A DNA stretch of 64,000 nucleotides, taken from the NCBI GenBank assembly GCA_903854475.1, contig CAINWP010000235.1, positions 649 through 64,648 of the forward strand, read 5' to 3'. Origin of the DNA: an uncultured Verrucomicrobiota bacterium (GTDB taxonomy: Bacteria > Verrucomicrobiota > Verrucomicrobiia > Limisphaerales > UBA9464). The notes beneath the pieces were generated by a model, which saw nothing but the letters and a program-made list of their open reading frames with translations, searched no databases and was not told the origin of the DNA. Below, piece by piece: positions 28,906 through 37,997 of this stretch (its first letter is position 1; the number at the start of each line of letters is the position of its first letter). The position numbers and the translations under genes were made by a program.

Positions 28906-30453
28906 TTAGTTCTGCGTGACGCCACGGAAGTGATCGGTTCGGAAGGGTGAGGCCGGCAAACCGCTGCCATTGATCAAATTCACAACCGGGAAATCATCCC
29001 AGCCGTAGCGGACATGGAGCGGGTGCGGCACCTGCGAAGCATGCAACCGAACACTGGACCCAGAGATTTCCGCCGTGGCCCAGTGCCAGACGCCGTCCTT
29101 GCCGGCCAGAGCAAAGCCTTTAGGCGCCGCACCATCCGAGGTCTTGAGACCCCGGGCGTGGTTCAGGTTCAGGATTAAGGTCGAACCGGAGTGCCCCTGC
29201 GACGCATAGGTCGGTCCACTCGACTCCACCGACTTTCCATTGGCAATGGTCTGGGCCAGCAACGCGAGACGGGCGCCGACCAGAGCTTTACGGGTGGGAT
29301 GGATGTCATCCTTGTCGCCCACGTCAGTGATGACCGCGATACCCACGTGGGGCAGGGTCTCGGCGACGTGGTTCTGGGCCTCGCGCAGTTCAGCCCAGTC
29401 GCTCTCAACGGGCTTTGCAGTGATGTCGGCGAGCGAGCGCTTGCGGTTCTTGTCCCAAGGCGCCAACTGAACAGCCAAGAACGGGAAATCGCCCTGATTC
29501 CAATCAGAACGCCAATTACGAATCATGTCAGCGAAGAGGCTGCGATACTGCCATGCCCGACCGGCGTTGGATTCACCTTGGTACCAAATGGCACCGGCAA
29601 TTGCGTAGGGCATGAGCGGGCGCAGCATGCCGTTGTAGAGTTCGGCCGGGCACCACGGGGCTCCCGGAGCTCCTTGACTGAACTTTTCCCCTTTGGCCTC
29701 GGCCGCGGCCTTGGCGGCGCGCCACTTCGACAACGCGGCTTCATGGGCCCGATGAATCGGGACGTACGGATCCAAAATGTCCCGGGTGTAGAGGTGATTG
29801 TCCTTAATCGACTCCTCGCTCATCCACACCTCGGCCGGTGATCCGCCCCAACTGGTGTGAATCAAACCCACGGGAACACCCAGCGCCGGCTGCAAGTCTC
29901 GGCCGAAATAGTAACCGACGGCTGAGAAACGCCGGACCGCCTCGGGCGAGGCCGTGCCCCAAGCATGCACGGCATGATTGAGCTCGGTCTGCGGAACCGA
30001 GGAACGCCGCTTGGTGACCGTAAAGAGGCGCAAGTTCGAATTGGCACTCGAGGCAATGTCCGCCGCCGGCTCGAAACTGGCCGACAGGGGCCACTCCATA
30101 TTGGACTGTCCCGAACAAATCCAAACCTCGCCGACGACCACATCGCTCAGAATCACAGTATTGTGGCCGCGGACCTGAAGGTTGCGCCCGTCGGCGGTGG
30201 CCTTCAACGCCTTGAGACGCAACGACCAACGACCATTTTGGGCCACAGTGGAGACGCTCTGACCCGCGAACTCCACGGTCACCGTCTCACCGTCGGCCGC
30301 ATGCCCCCAGACCGGCACCGGCCTGCCCTGTTGCAAAACTGCATGATCGGTAAAGAGCGAATGGAGAGACACGTCGGCCCGAACAAGGCCCAGGCCCAAT
30401 GTCAGACCAGTGAACGCGACGAATGCGCCACGAATGAAGTTTGCGGGATGCAC
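28906..30453 (-). CDS. Sialate 9-O-acetylesterase (SIAE-like), secreted
   Basis: GTG start and a signal-like N-terminus. Motifs are GEVWICSGQSNMEWPL, HTSWGGS and AIWYQGESNAG. Confidence 0.85.
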   Translation of the reverse strand: MHPANFIRGAFVAFTGLTLGLGLVRADVSLHSLFTDHAVLQQGRPVPVWGHAADGETVTVEFAGQSVSTVAQNGRWSLRLKALKATADGRNLQVRGHNTVILSDVVVGEVWICSGQSNMEWPLSASFEPAADIASSANSNLRLFTVTKRRSSVPQTELNHAVHAWGTASPEAVRRFSAVGYYFGRDLQPALGVPVGLIHTSWGGSPAEVWMSEESIKDNHLYTRDILDPYVPIHRAHEAALSKWRAAKAAAEAKGEKFSQGAPGAPWCPAELYNGMLRPLMPYAIAGAIWYQGESNAGRAWQYRSLFADMIRNWRSDWNQGDFPFLAVQLAPWDKNRKRSLADITAKPVESDWAELREAQNHVAETLPHVGIAVITDVGDKDDIHPTRKALVGARLALLAQTIANGKSVESSGPTYASQGHSGSTLILNLNHARGLKTSDGAAPKGFALAGKDGVWHWATAEISGSSVRLHASQVPHPLHVRYGWDDFPVVNLINGSGLPASPFRTDHFRGVTQN

Positions 30454-30870
30454 AAACGCAGTTGAACCGCAGCCAGGGCACCACGGTCAACGCGGGATTT
30501 TCGTCTCGGATGACCCACGACGGGAGCCGAAGGCACGGTCGAGTTGGCTCGATGCGGTTCCGTGTGATCCATCGCACTGGCTCCACCGACGTAACACCAG
30601 TGACGGAGAGCTTCACAAAATGGGCCGGAAGCCCGTCAACATTGAGCGCCTAAGTAGGGGCCGCTTCTTACTGAACATGCACCCACCGCTGCCCCCGCGG
30701 TACTCAACGAACTTCTCCCTCAAACTGGCAGGCCAAAGAGACCTGCCCCAACGCCCTGCCGGTCCGGGGCACTGACAAAGGCTTGAACGAACGCGCGCTG
30801 CAAGTGATCGATCCGGATCAACAACTCCTGGAGAGCGATTCCGGGATTGCGAAAGCGTCTCGTCACCGCG

Positions 30871-31698
30871 ATGACCTCCGGTGTGAGCGATTCCATCCTC
30901 CCGCTGTGGCGGGTCCTGAACCGTCGCAAGGGGCTCTTCCTGATCTCGGGCCCCTGCGTCATTGAGAGTGAAACCCTCTGCCTGGAGATCGCGCACACAC
31001 TGAAGTCGGTGTGCGGCCGACTAAAGATTCCGTATGTTTTTAAGGCTAGCTTCGACAAGGCCAACCGCTCGTCGGGAAAGTCCTTCCGTGGCCCGGGAAT
31101 GACCGAGGGTTTGGAAATCCTGCGACGCATCCGCACCGAAGTGGGCGTGCCGGTCTTAACCGATGTCCACACCGAGGAGCAGGCGATCGCCGCGGCCAAG
31201 GTCTGCGACATCCTCCAAATCCCAGCCTTTCTCTGCCGTCAAACCGACTTGGTCCAGGCGGCTGCCGCCACCGGCAAAATCATCAACATCAAGAAGGGGC
31301 AGTTCCTGGCACCGCAGGACATGAAGAACGTGGTGGCCAAAGCGGCCGAGACGGGCAATCGCCATTTGATGCTCACCGAACGGGGCACCACCTTCGGATA
31401 CCACAACCTTGTCACAGATATGCGCTCGCTGCCGATCCTGGCTGGTTTCGGCTATCCCACGGTATTCGACGTCACCCATTCGGTCCAACTGCCCGGTGGG
31501 CAGGGAGATTCCTCCGGTGGGCAGCGGGAGTTTGGTCCGGTTTTGGCCCGGTGTGCCGTGGCGGCCGGAGTTCACGGGCTGTTCATCGAGACCCATCCAG
31601 AACCGGATAACGCTCTGAGCGACGGGCCGAACATGATCCCCCTCGATCAGATGGCAGCACTGCTTCGGCAACTCCAGCGGATCCAGCAGGCGCTGTGA
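30871..31698 (+). CDS. kdsA: 3-deoxy-8-phosphooctulonate synthase
   Basis: [13 protein letters not shown]...[24 protein letters not shown]...VLTDVHT...[14 protein letters not shown]. The start is taken at the ATG at 30871; the track ORF begins at the TTG at 30847. Confidence 0.92.
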   Translation: MTSGVSDSILPLWRVLNRRKGLFLISGPCVIESETLCLEIAHTLKSVCGRLKIPYVFKASFDKANRSSGKSFRGPGMTEGLEILRRIRTEVGVPVLTDVHTEEQAIAAAKVCDILQIPAFLCRQTDLVQAAAATGKIINIKKGQFLAPQDMKNVVAKAAETGNRHLMLTERGTTFGYHNLVTDMRSLPILAGFGYPTVFDVTHSVQLPGGQGDSSGGQREFGPVLARCAVAAGVHGLFIETHPEPDNALSDGPNMIPLDQMAALLRQLQRIQQAL

Positions 31699-32569
31699 CC
31701 CGCGAGCCGGTCTCGCCAAAAAACGGCGGTCCGAAGAAGCGCATCCAGTTGGCCTCGCACTGTGCGGCCAACTCTTCGATCGGGATTCCCAGGAGGCCAG
31801 ACACTCCCTCGGCGATCCGGACTAAATTGATCGGTGAGTTCACCGGCCGGCCCCGCGTCTCGGTGGCGGGATGAGAAACCCAGTCGGCGGGCGGCAGCTG
31901 ATCGGGGGCGTCGGTCTCGATGAGCAATCGGTCCCGGGGAATCGCCCTAAAGACGCCTGCCTGTAAGGCCTTCCGCGGATGGAGGGAGTGTCCAGAGATG
32001 CTAAAGTGGGCACCCAGTCGAACCAACTCGGGCACCAGTTCCACGGAACCCCCGTAGCTATGCAACAGGAAGCCCCGGGGCAGTCGCGGCCGCCCTCGGA
32101 GATATTCCATCAAGGGTCCCCAAGCCTTCAAGCAGTGCACGGTGATCGGAAGGCCGCGTTCCGAAGCCATCACGAGCTGCTCATCGAGCACCTCGAGCTG
32201 AACCTCCAGAGGGGCCGGACCCACCGGGCCGGTTCCTAGTTCGACGCACCGTTCGAGCGATTGATCGAGGATCCAACGGTCTAATCCGACCTCGCCCAAT
32301 CCGGCGCGGGATGTCTGGTCCAGGCACTCGATCAATGCGTCGTGCCACCGGGGGGATCGGGCCGAGACACGCCAAGGGTGCAGGCCGAAGGCTGGGATCA
32401 CCGAGGGGCACTGAGCCGCCAACCGTCGAACCTCCGGCCAGTCGCCCTCGCACGTTCCATTGACCACCATACCGGCGATACCGGCAGCGGCGGCGGCAGA
32501 CACCCATCCCCGCGGGTCGTTGCCCAACCGGGAATCCTGCAGGTGATTATGGGCATCGAACCAACGCAT
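31583..32569 (-). CDS. TatD-family metal-dependent hydrolase with a roughly 50-aa C-terminal extension
   Basis: [12 protein letters not shown], a metal-binding HS (LLHSYGGS), and [10 protein letters not shown]. Recognisable similarity ends near NWMRFFG. The remaining tail is encoded antisense to the kdsA 3' end, giving a 116-nt convergent overlap. Confidence 0.85.
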   Translation of the reverse strand: MRWFDAHNHLQDSRLGNDPRGWVSAAAAAGIAGMVVNGTCEGDWPEVRRLAAQCPSVIPAFGLHPWRVSARSPRWHDALIECLDQTSRAGLGEVGLDRWILDQSLERCVELGTGPVGPAPLEVQLEVLDEQLVMASERGLPITVHCLKAWGPLMEYLRGRPRLPRGFLLHSYGGSVELVPELVRLGAHFSISGHSLHPRKALQAGVFRAIPRDRLLIETDAPDQLPPADWVSHPATETRGRPVNSPINLVRIAEGVSGLLGIPIEELAAQCEANWMRFFGPPFFGETGSRVTAPAGSAGVAEAVLPSDRGGSCSARRSERYPVLDGSR

Positions 32570-32655
32570 GGAAACCTACTGTGTGCCCAGAATGCTCCAG
32601 AATGCTCGTCGGGGGAATCTCTCGGTATCGAGGTCGTTTGAGTTTCACAGGAATT

Positions 32656-33150
32656 ATGGCATTCTGCGCAGTGCCGTTTTCGAAACTCAGTCAGACAACG
32701 GAGGCCGCGGTCGGTTACTTCGAACTCGGAATGAGCCAGTCGGCCTTGCAGGAATTAGATCAACTCCCCCCCGGAGACCAACTGGAGCCGGAGGTGCTCG
32801 AGTTGCGTTGTGTCATTCACCAGCAAATGGGGCATTGGGTCGAAGCGGCCAAGGCCTTCAACGCGTTGTGTGCGCGCCGAGATGCCGATGTGGAGCACTT
32901 CATCGGGTGGGGCTGCTGCCTTTACGAACTCGGCGCCTATGAAGAAGCCCGACAGGCCTTACTTACGGCCCCGAAGGCTCTCCAACTCAACGGGCTTTGG
33001 AATTTCCATCTCGCCTGTTACGAGGCCTTAGTCGGCCTCCCGGAAGCCGCACGGGAACGGGTCGAATTGGCCATACGCATCGATCCCTGCCTCAAGCACA
33101 TGGCCCAGCAGAACACGCGCCTAGCTCCGTTGCTCCGGTCCCTTGCCTGA
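32656..33150 (+). CDS. Small TPR-like repeat protein
   Basis: From the ATG at 32656 the protein has helical-pair repeats with TPR-like spacing (GHWVEAAKAFNALCARRDAD, GAYEEARQALLTA). I recognise no family. Confidence 0.5.
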   Translation: MAFCAVPFSKLSQTTEAAVGYFELGMSQSALQELDQLPPGDQLEPEVLELRCVIHQQMGHWVEAAKAFNALCARRDADVEHFIGWGCCLYELGAYEEARQALLTAPKALQLNGLWNFHLACYEALVGLPEAARERVELAIRIDPCLKHMAQQNTRLAPLLRSLA

Positions 33151-33227
33151 GTTCCCAGCGCGATGGGAGACGGCGACGAGAAGGGTTGCGGCGAATCGAT
33201 TCGGCTGCGGCCAATTTGTTCCTCCCC

Positions 33228-34343
33228 TCAGCCCAAGGGGGGTGAACTGACAGGACCGGAGTACTCGTAGAGCGGGCCATCCAGACCCCGGCCCGGCCAA
33301 TCCACCTGATCGACGCCCTCTCGCTCCACGCCATCCAGCAATGGTTCCACAAAAAGTCCCTCCGCCTCGAAGACCAGGAGATCGGCCCGCGACACCAAGC
33401 CTGAGCCGGTGTCATGGCACCTCAGGGAGGCGCTAAGACACAGTTCCCGTATCCGGCGGAGTTGGTCTCCTTCGATCTCGCCGGCTCGATGCAGCACCAC
33501 CACGGGACGCGGCGCTGCGGTCAATTGCTGGAAGGGACCATGGGCGAACTGAAGCAATTCCTGGAGGGTCGGCGCCGGTCGAAAGAGTCCCTCTACAAAC
33601 TTGAAAGCCAGGTTCTGGAGGCACTCGATCAGGTCCGGCGAGGCGAGTAACACGAAGCCCTGACCGAAGACCTCGGGCTCCATACGAGGCCAAGCGACCC
33701 GGCCCGCCGACCAGCCCGTGCGGAACGCTTGGGCCGCCTCGGCTCCCACCGTCTGAGGATCCCCGGACAAACTCCCTCCAGACAGAGCACCCACCCAAAG
33801 CCGGGCCGCCAAGAATCCCAATGCCGGCCCCACCACCCGGATCAACAAGATGTATTCGTCCTCCAGGGGAAATCGGATCACCTCGGTACCTTCCTGCACC
33901 AAGGCCTCCAGACATCGGGCTCGATCTTGTTTTCCGCCGCGGATCAACCCCTCCCGGCTCGCCGCAGTGAAGAGCACCGTTCTGGCGAAGCCCTCACGGC
34001 AACCCAGTGCCATACGGGCATGGGCCGACAGTCCCTGACTCAAGACCACCAACGTACGGTCCTGCCGCCTACAGCCATAGTCCGCACTCAACAAAGCCCC
34101 GGTGGGTAGAAACTCTGCAGGGACGTCCGTGAACCGGTTGAGCAACCACACCAAATATCGGGCATGGGCCTCGGAACTGCCTAAACCCGTGGCCACCACG
34201 CGCTGGGGACGCTTCTGCGGTTGGGCCGCTCGCGCCGCCTCTGGGGAAGCAGCCCAGGCTTCCAAAAGCGCGGGAATGGATTCCAAGCGTCCGCGCAGTA
34301 GGGCCGCGCCGCGGTCCGGACAACTGGCCAATGGAGACGGCAT
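33228..34343 (-). CDS. Hypothetical protein with possible double SIS (sugar isomerase) fold
   Basis: 371 aa starting at an ATG. The segment RVVATGLGSSEAHARYLVWLL resembles the SIS phosphosugar-binding loop. A second half (FVLLASPD...EFxHGP-like LQFAHGPF) resembles a second SIS domain. This is weak by-eye similarity only. Confidence 0.45.
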   Translation of the reverse strand: MPSPLASCPDRGAALLRGRLESIPALLEAWAASPEAARAAQPQKRPQRVVATGLGSSEAHARYLVWLLNRFTDVPAEFLPTGALLSADYGCRRQDRTLVVLSQGLSAHARMALGCREGFARTVLFTAASREGLIRGGKQDRARCLEALVQEGTEVIRFPLEDEYILLIRVVGPALGFLAARLWVGALSGGSLSGDPQTVGAEAAQAFRTGWSAGRVAWPRMEPEVFGQGFVLLASPDLIECLQNLAFKFVEGLFRPAPTLQELLQFAHGPFQQLTAAPRPVVVLHRAGEIEGDQLRRIRELCLSASLRCHDTGSGLVSRADLLVFEAEGLFVEPLLDGVEREGVDQVDWPGRGLDGPLYEYSGPVSSPPLG

Positions 34344-34461
34344 CCCGGAGGCCTACGCCGGGAATTTGCAGAACGCAATGCGGCGGCGTGTCTTTCTGCC
34401 AGAAATAGGGTTGAACTCTGGGGCTGAGGACTTCCCGCCAGGGTCCCGACTCAATGGTCAC

Positions 34462-35931
34462 TCACAACGGAGGCGGAGAGACCGTGTTAGTGCCTGCGGG
34501 GACGGCAACAGGAGCTCCATTGACCGGCACACCCAAAGGCGGCGGAGCCTTCACTGAATTAGTGGCCGTCGTCGCCGTCGTCGTGAGCGCGGACGCCGGG
34601 GTCCCCAAGACTTCGCCTTCCACTCGCACAGTAAGTCCCGGCCAGGCCATCCGACGGAGCAACTCTGCATTCCAATTGGCCAAACGGAAACAGCCGTGGC
34701 TCTCGGTGCGACCCACGTCCTCGGGCTTGGGGGTCCCGTGGATCCCATAGCCCGAGCGATTGAGTCCTATCCAGGCAGCACCCACCGGGTTATTGGGACC
34801 AGGCGGAATGCGCAATTTTCGGCCTACGGAGAGCGCTTCTGGCGACTCGGGAAACACTTCAGGATCCCAAGTGTAGTCGGGGTTGGGCACGGTCACTAGC
34901 ACCTGAAGATCTCCCACCGGACGTTTCTCGACCCGCCGCGCAATACTGCAGGGGAAATGCGCGATCAATTCGCCGCCGGTGTCGAACACCCGCAGGAACC
35001 GACCGGCAAGGTTAATGCGAATGAGACCCGCACGACGGGCGGGGATTGGCGCAATCGCGGGCAAGGTCAATTCTAGACCTTGAGTCGGCTGAGCCCAGTC
35101 CACAGCAGGGTTGAGACGGCGCAGCAATCCCGGATGTGCTTGAAACCTCTCAGCCAAACGCTCCAGCAGGGTTTCGTGCTCCAGACCAAGAACTTGCGAT
35201 TTGCCCAACCAAGTCTCGGGCAATGGGGCCAGACGCAGCACGTCTTGGGCACTGACACGGTAGGGAGCCCATGGAGCCCGCTTGAGCATGAGAGCCTTGC
35301 GGGTATTGCGGTCTAGCCAACCGGTCTGCTCCAAGCCTTGCTGCGATTGAAAGGCTTTCAATGCGGCCGCGGTTTGCGCGCCTCCCACGCCATCGATGGA
35401 GCCGGAGGAAATTCCCAGGCCAGCCAGTGCGATTTGCGCCTCCAGATAATTGGTGGCCCCGCGAGGCACCCAAGCGGCCCCGCTGTTGGAAATCGACAAC
35501 TCGGGCAGTGCCACCGCTGCGCGAAGAAGCTGAGTGGAAAGAATCACCGGAGCCGACGTGAGCCCCAACAGCGCCGGTGCAGCATTAGAAATCGCCACCA
35601 ACGAAGGCTGTGGTGACGGCTCACTGGCTGGAGCCGGAACCAGCGAAACTGCAGGAGGCACCGGAACCACCGTTGGAACCACGGGCGCCTGCATTGGCTG
35701 AGCCGAGGTCGGAGCTCGAGCTGCAGCCTGAGTCGGAACTGGCTCGACCGGAACCCTGGGGGCTTCGTTGGCTATTCCGGACCCGGGCTTGGAGGCGGTA
35801 GTCCTTTCTGGCCCCAGCACCCGCCACACACCCCAGATCAACACCCCAACCAGCGCCAGCAGCAGCACCTTCGGCGCGAGGGCCCTGCGGGGATGCGCTC
35901 GTGACGATTCAGTTCGGGACTTCGAGGCCAT
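34462..35931 (-). CDS. L,D-transpeptidase (YkuD) with a PG_binding_1 domain and a Pro/Ala-rich linker
   Basis: The catalytic motif is IHGTPKPEDVGRTESHGCFRLANWNA. The peptidoglycan-binding repeat is GGAQTAAALKAFQSQQGLEQTGWLDRNTRKAL. There is an N-terminal TM anchor. Confidence 0.85.
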   Translation of the reverse strand: MASKSRTESSRAHPRRALAPKVLLLALVGVLIWGVWRVLGPERTTASKPGSGIANEAPRVPVEPVPTQAAARAPTSAQPMQAPVVPTVVPVPPAVSLVPAPASEPSPQPSLVAISNAAPALLGLTSAPVILSTQLLRAAVALPELSISNSGAAWVPRGATNYLEAQIALAGLGISSGSIDGVGGAQTAAALKAFQSQQGLEQTGWLDRNTRKALMLKRAPWAPYRVSAQDVLRLAPLPETWLGKSQVLGLEHETLLERLAERFQAHPGLLRRLNPAVDWAQPTQGLELTLPAIAPIPARRAGLIRINLAGRFLRVFDTGGELIAHFPCSIARRVEKRPVGDLQVLVTVPNPDYTWDPEVFPESPEALSVGRKLRIPPGPNNPVGAAWIGLNRSGYGIHGTPKPEDVGRTESHGCFRLANWNAELLRRMAWPGLTVRVEGEVLGTPASALTTTATTATNSVKAPPPLGVPVNGAPVAVPAGTNTVSPPPL

Positions 35932-35953
35932 GGGTCCAGATCAAACCTTCGCT

Positions 35954-36421
35954 TCAAACATCGATCAACGGTCCGCCGCCGTCCTCATCCTTTTTCTTCG
36001 GCGGACGGCGTCCGGTGGATCCACGAATACTGCCCTGAAACTGCACCTTGGCTCCACGTCCCAGGAACCCATTCACCACCAGCGAAACCAGACTGATAAT
36101 TACTCCACCCCAGAAGGCAGACTTAAATCCGTCCACGACGAATCCGGGCTGAAGCATGCCGCCGACGAGGCTCAGGAGCACCGCGTTAATAACCATCACA
36201 AACAGCCCAAGGCTGAAGATCAACAGCGGGAGCGAAATCACCATGAGCAGCGGGCGCACAAACGCATTGAGCAAGCCCAGCAACAGCGAGGCCTCCAGCA
36301 AGGCACCGAAGGTCTGGTGATGGATCCCGTCCACCCAGACATCGGCCAATAAAACACCAATGGTTGTGACCAACCAGCGTTGCAGAAACTTCACCAAACC
36401 TTCTGGCATGGGACTTATCAT
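35954..36421 (-). CDS. PF04020-like (phage holin family IV / DUF360) 4-TM membrane protein
   Basis: 155 aa. The sequence LVTTIGVLLADVWVDGI...LLLGLLNAFVRPLLMVISLPLLIFSLGLFVMVINAVLL matches my memory of that family. Confidence 0.7.
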   Translation of the reverse strand: MISPMPEGLVKFLQRWLVTTIGVLLADVWVDGIHHQTFGALLEASLLLGLLNAFVRPLLMVISLPLLIFSLGLFVMVINAVLLSLVGGMLQPGFVVDGFKSAFWGGVIISLVSLVVNGFLGRGAKVQFQGSIRGSTGRRPPKKKDEDGGGPLIDV

Positions 36422-36440
36422 AGACCAAAGCCCTCCCGAG

Positions 36441-37997
36441 TCAGTCGCCTTTCTTGCCGTTCCGAAGGGGAGCCTCCCCAGCCATCAACTCGAAGAACTC
36501 CGCAGCGGTGACCACTCGGACCCGGGGAGGCAGCGCTTCAATGGTCCGGCCGATCGCCCCCATCGGCCCTCCCGAATCACGGAAGGACCACGCGTGGACA
36601 TTAATCAAGGCATAGGCCTCAGAACCCGCCTCGGCTCCGGAGGGTTGTCTTTCGACGGCCTCGGCCACTCCGGCTGGAAGCCAATCCGGCCTCAATGCTC
36701 CCGAACGGTCTTTCTGTTCCCACAGCAAATAGCGGTACGAGACACTGGGCTTGCCTTGATGCCAGTACACCGCACCTCGACCGCGGTTGTAGGGCGCATA
36801 GTCCTTGTAGAGGACTCCACGGATTTCCGGCCGCTCCAACCAGTCCTTAGATGAGTCCTGACCTCCGCCAGCATTGAGCAGCGTGACCAACGGCCAATCC
36901 ACTCGACCCACAGCCCGTGCCGTCTCGGCGGCCGCAGCCGGTCGATCCGGCAAGTGAGCCGGGAACTGGTAGCCGTAGCCACTGGGCCCGGCGATGAAGT
37001 CATCCAAGGGAGTGGCCATTCCGAGAATCTTCCCGAAGATCCGAGGGGCCATCACCCACGCCTCCGGCGGCATCTCCCAGGTCACCGCGAAGCGACCCCG
37101 AAGCGGGCTGGCCCAAAAACCCGGATCGTCCACGAAGCGCCCACCCACCCATTGCAAGTTGTCTCCGTCGCTCACCACAAAGGCCACCACCCGTTCGCCC
37201 GATGAACGCGCCCGCGGTTTCGGCGGCCGGGAGCGGACCGGCCCCGTCGCCGGAAGATGACGGAGCGCGGACAAGTTCAGCGACCAGTCGGCCGGGATAA
37301 CAGCTCCACCTCCCTGACTCACCTCGCGAACAAATTCCAATTCACTGCGCCCCCAGCCATAGACGCGGGTATGCGGACCGAGCGCCTGAACTTGACGGGT
37401 CCGCTCAGCGGCCGGCTCTTCGTAGACCGTCCAAGCGCCCAGGCTAATGGCCAGATCCCGAAGGTGCAGCGCCTTCGAGGGGTCCTGATGAATCATCACA
37501 CCGCGGGCCACCCGGGCTCGGGTCTCAGTCCACAAAGTGGCGATCGACTGGGAGCGAGCGTCGGCCAGAACAGGCCAACCCTCGGCCACCAATCGCTCGA
37601 CCAGCGACGGGTCGGCCACCACCGCATTGGTCAAACCCGCCAGCGTGGTCGCGCCATTGAGTGATTCCGTGCCCACCTGACCGATGACCAAGCCTGAAAA
37701 CGCCGCCCGGTGTTCCCGCAAGAGCGGCCAAGGACCCCGGACCTCGCGCAAGACCCAACCCTCGTTGCGCAACTCGTCGAGGATGCGCGCATTCATGCCC
37801 GGACCCTTCACCCACACCACCGCATCTGTGCGGTTGAGGACTCCCTGGATCGATGCCAACAAGGCATTCTCCGGACCGTTCAAGCCCTGCGGATCGACCA
37901 CCCACAATTCTCGGGCCCAGGCCGGACCCATTTGCAGGAGGAGAGCAAAGATCCCGCACACGAATCGACTCAGCGGAAGAATTCCAGGGTCCTTCAT
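36441..37997 (-). CDS. GxGYxYP-family putative glycoside hydrolase, secreted
   Basis: It has a signal-like N-terminus and the signature IAGPSGYGYQFP (GxGYxYP). The start ATG overlaps the mfd stop in an ATGA at 37994-37997. Confidence 0.7.
   Translation of the reverse strand: MKDPGILPLSRFVCGIFALLLQMGPAWARELWVVDPQGLNGPENALLASIQGVLNRTDAVVWVKGPGMNARILDELRNEGWVLREVRGPWPLLREHRAAFSGLVIGQVGTESLNGATTLAGLTNAVVADPSLVERLVAEGWPVLADARSQSIATLWTETRARVARGVMIHQDPSKALHLRDLAISLGAWTVYEEPAAERTRQVQALGPHTRVYGWGRSELEFVREVSQGGGAVIPADWSLNLSALRHLPATGPVRSRPPKPRARSSGERVVAFVVSDGDNLQWVGGRFVDDPGFWASPLRGRFAVTWEMPPEAWVMAPRIFGKILGMATPLDDFIAGPSGYGYQFPAHLPDRPAAAAETARAVGRVDWPLVTLLNAGGGQDSSKDWLERPEIRGVLYKDYAPYNRGRGAVYWHQGKPSVSYRYLLWEQKDRSGALRPDWLPAGVAEAVERQPSGAEAGSEAYALINVHAWSFRDSGGPMGAIGRTIEALPPRVRVVTAAEFFELMAGEAPLRNGKKGD

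Noticed and set aside
28327-28950. A 207-aa + strand ORF, and the 118-aa and 87-aa minus-strand ORFs, in the gap next to the LysR gene.
   Set aside because: The translations are low-complexity (Arg/Gly/Pro/Ser/Thr-rich) with no motifs, signal peptide or start context. I report the region as an unexplained gap instead.
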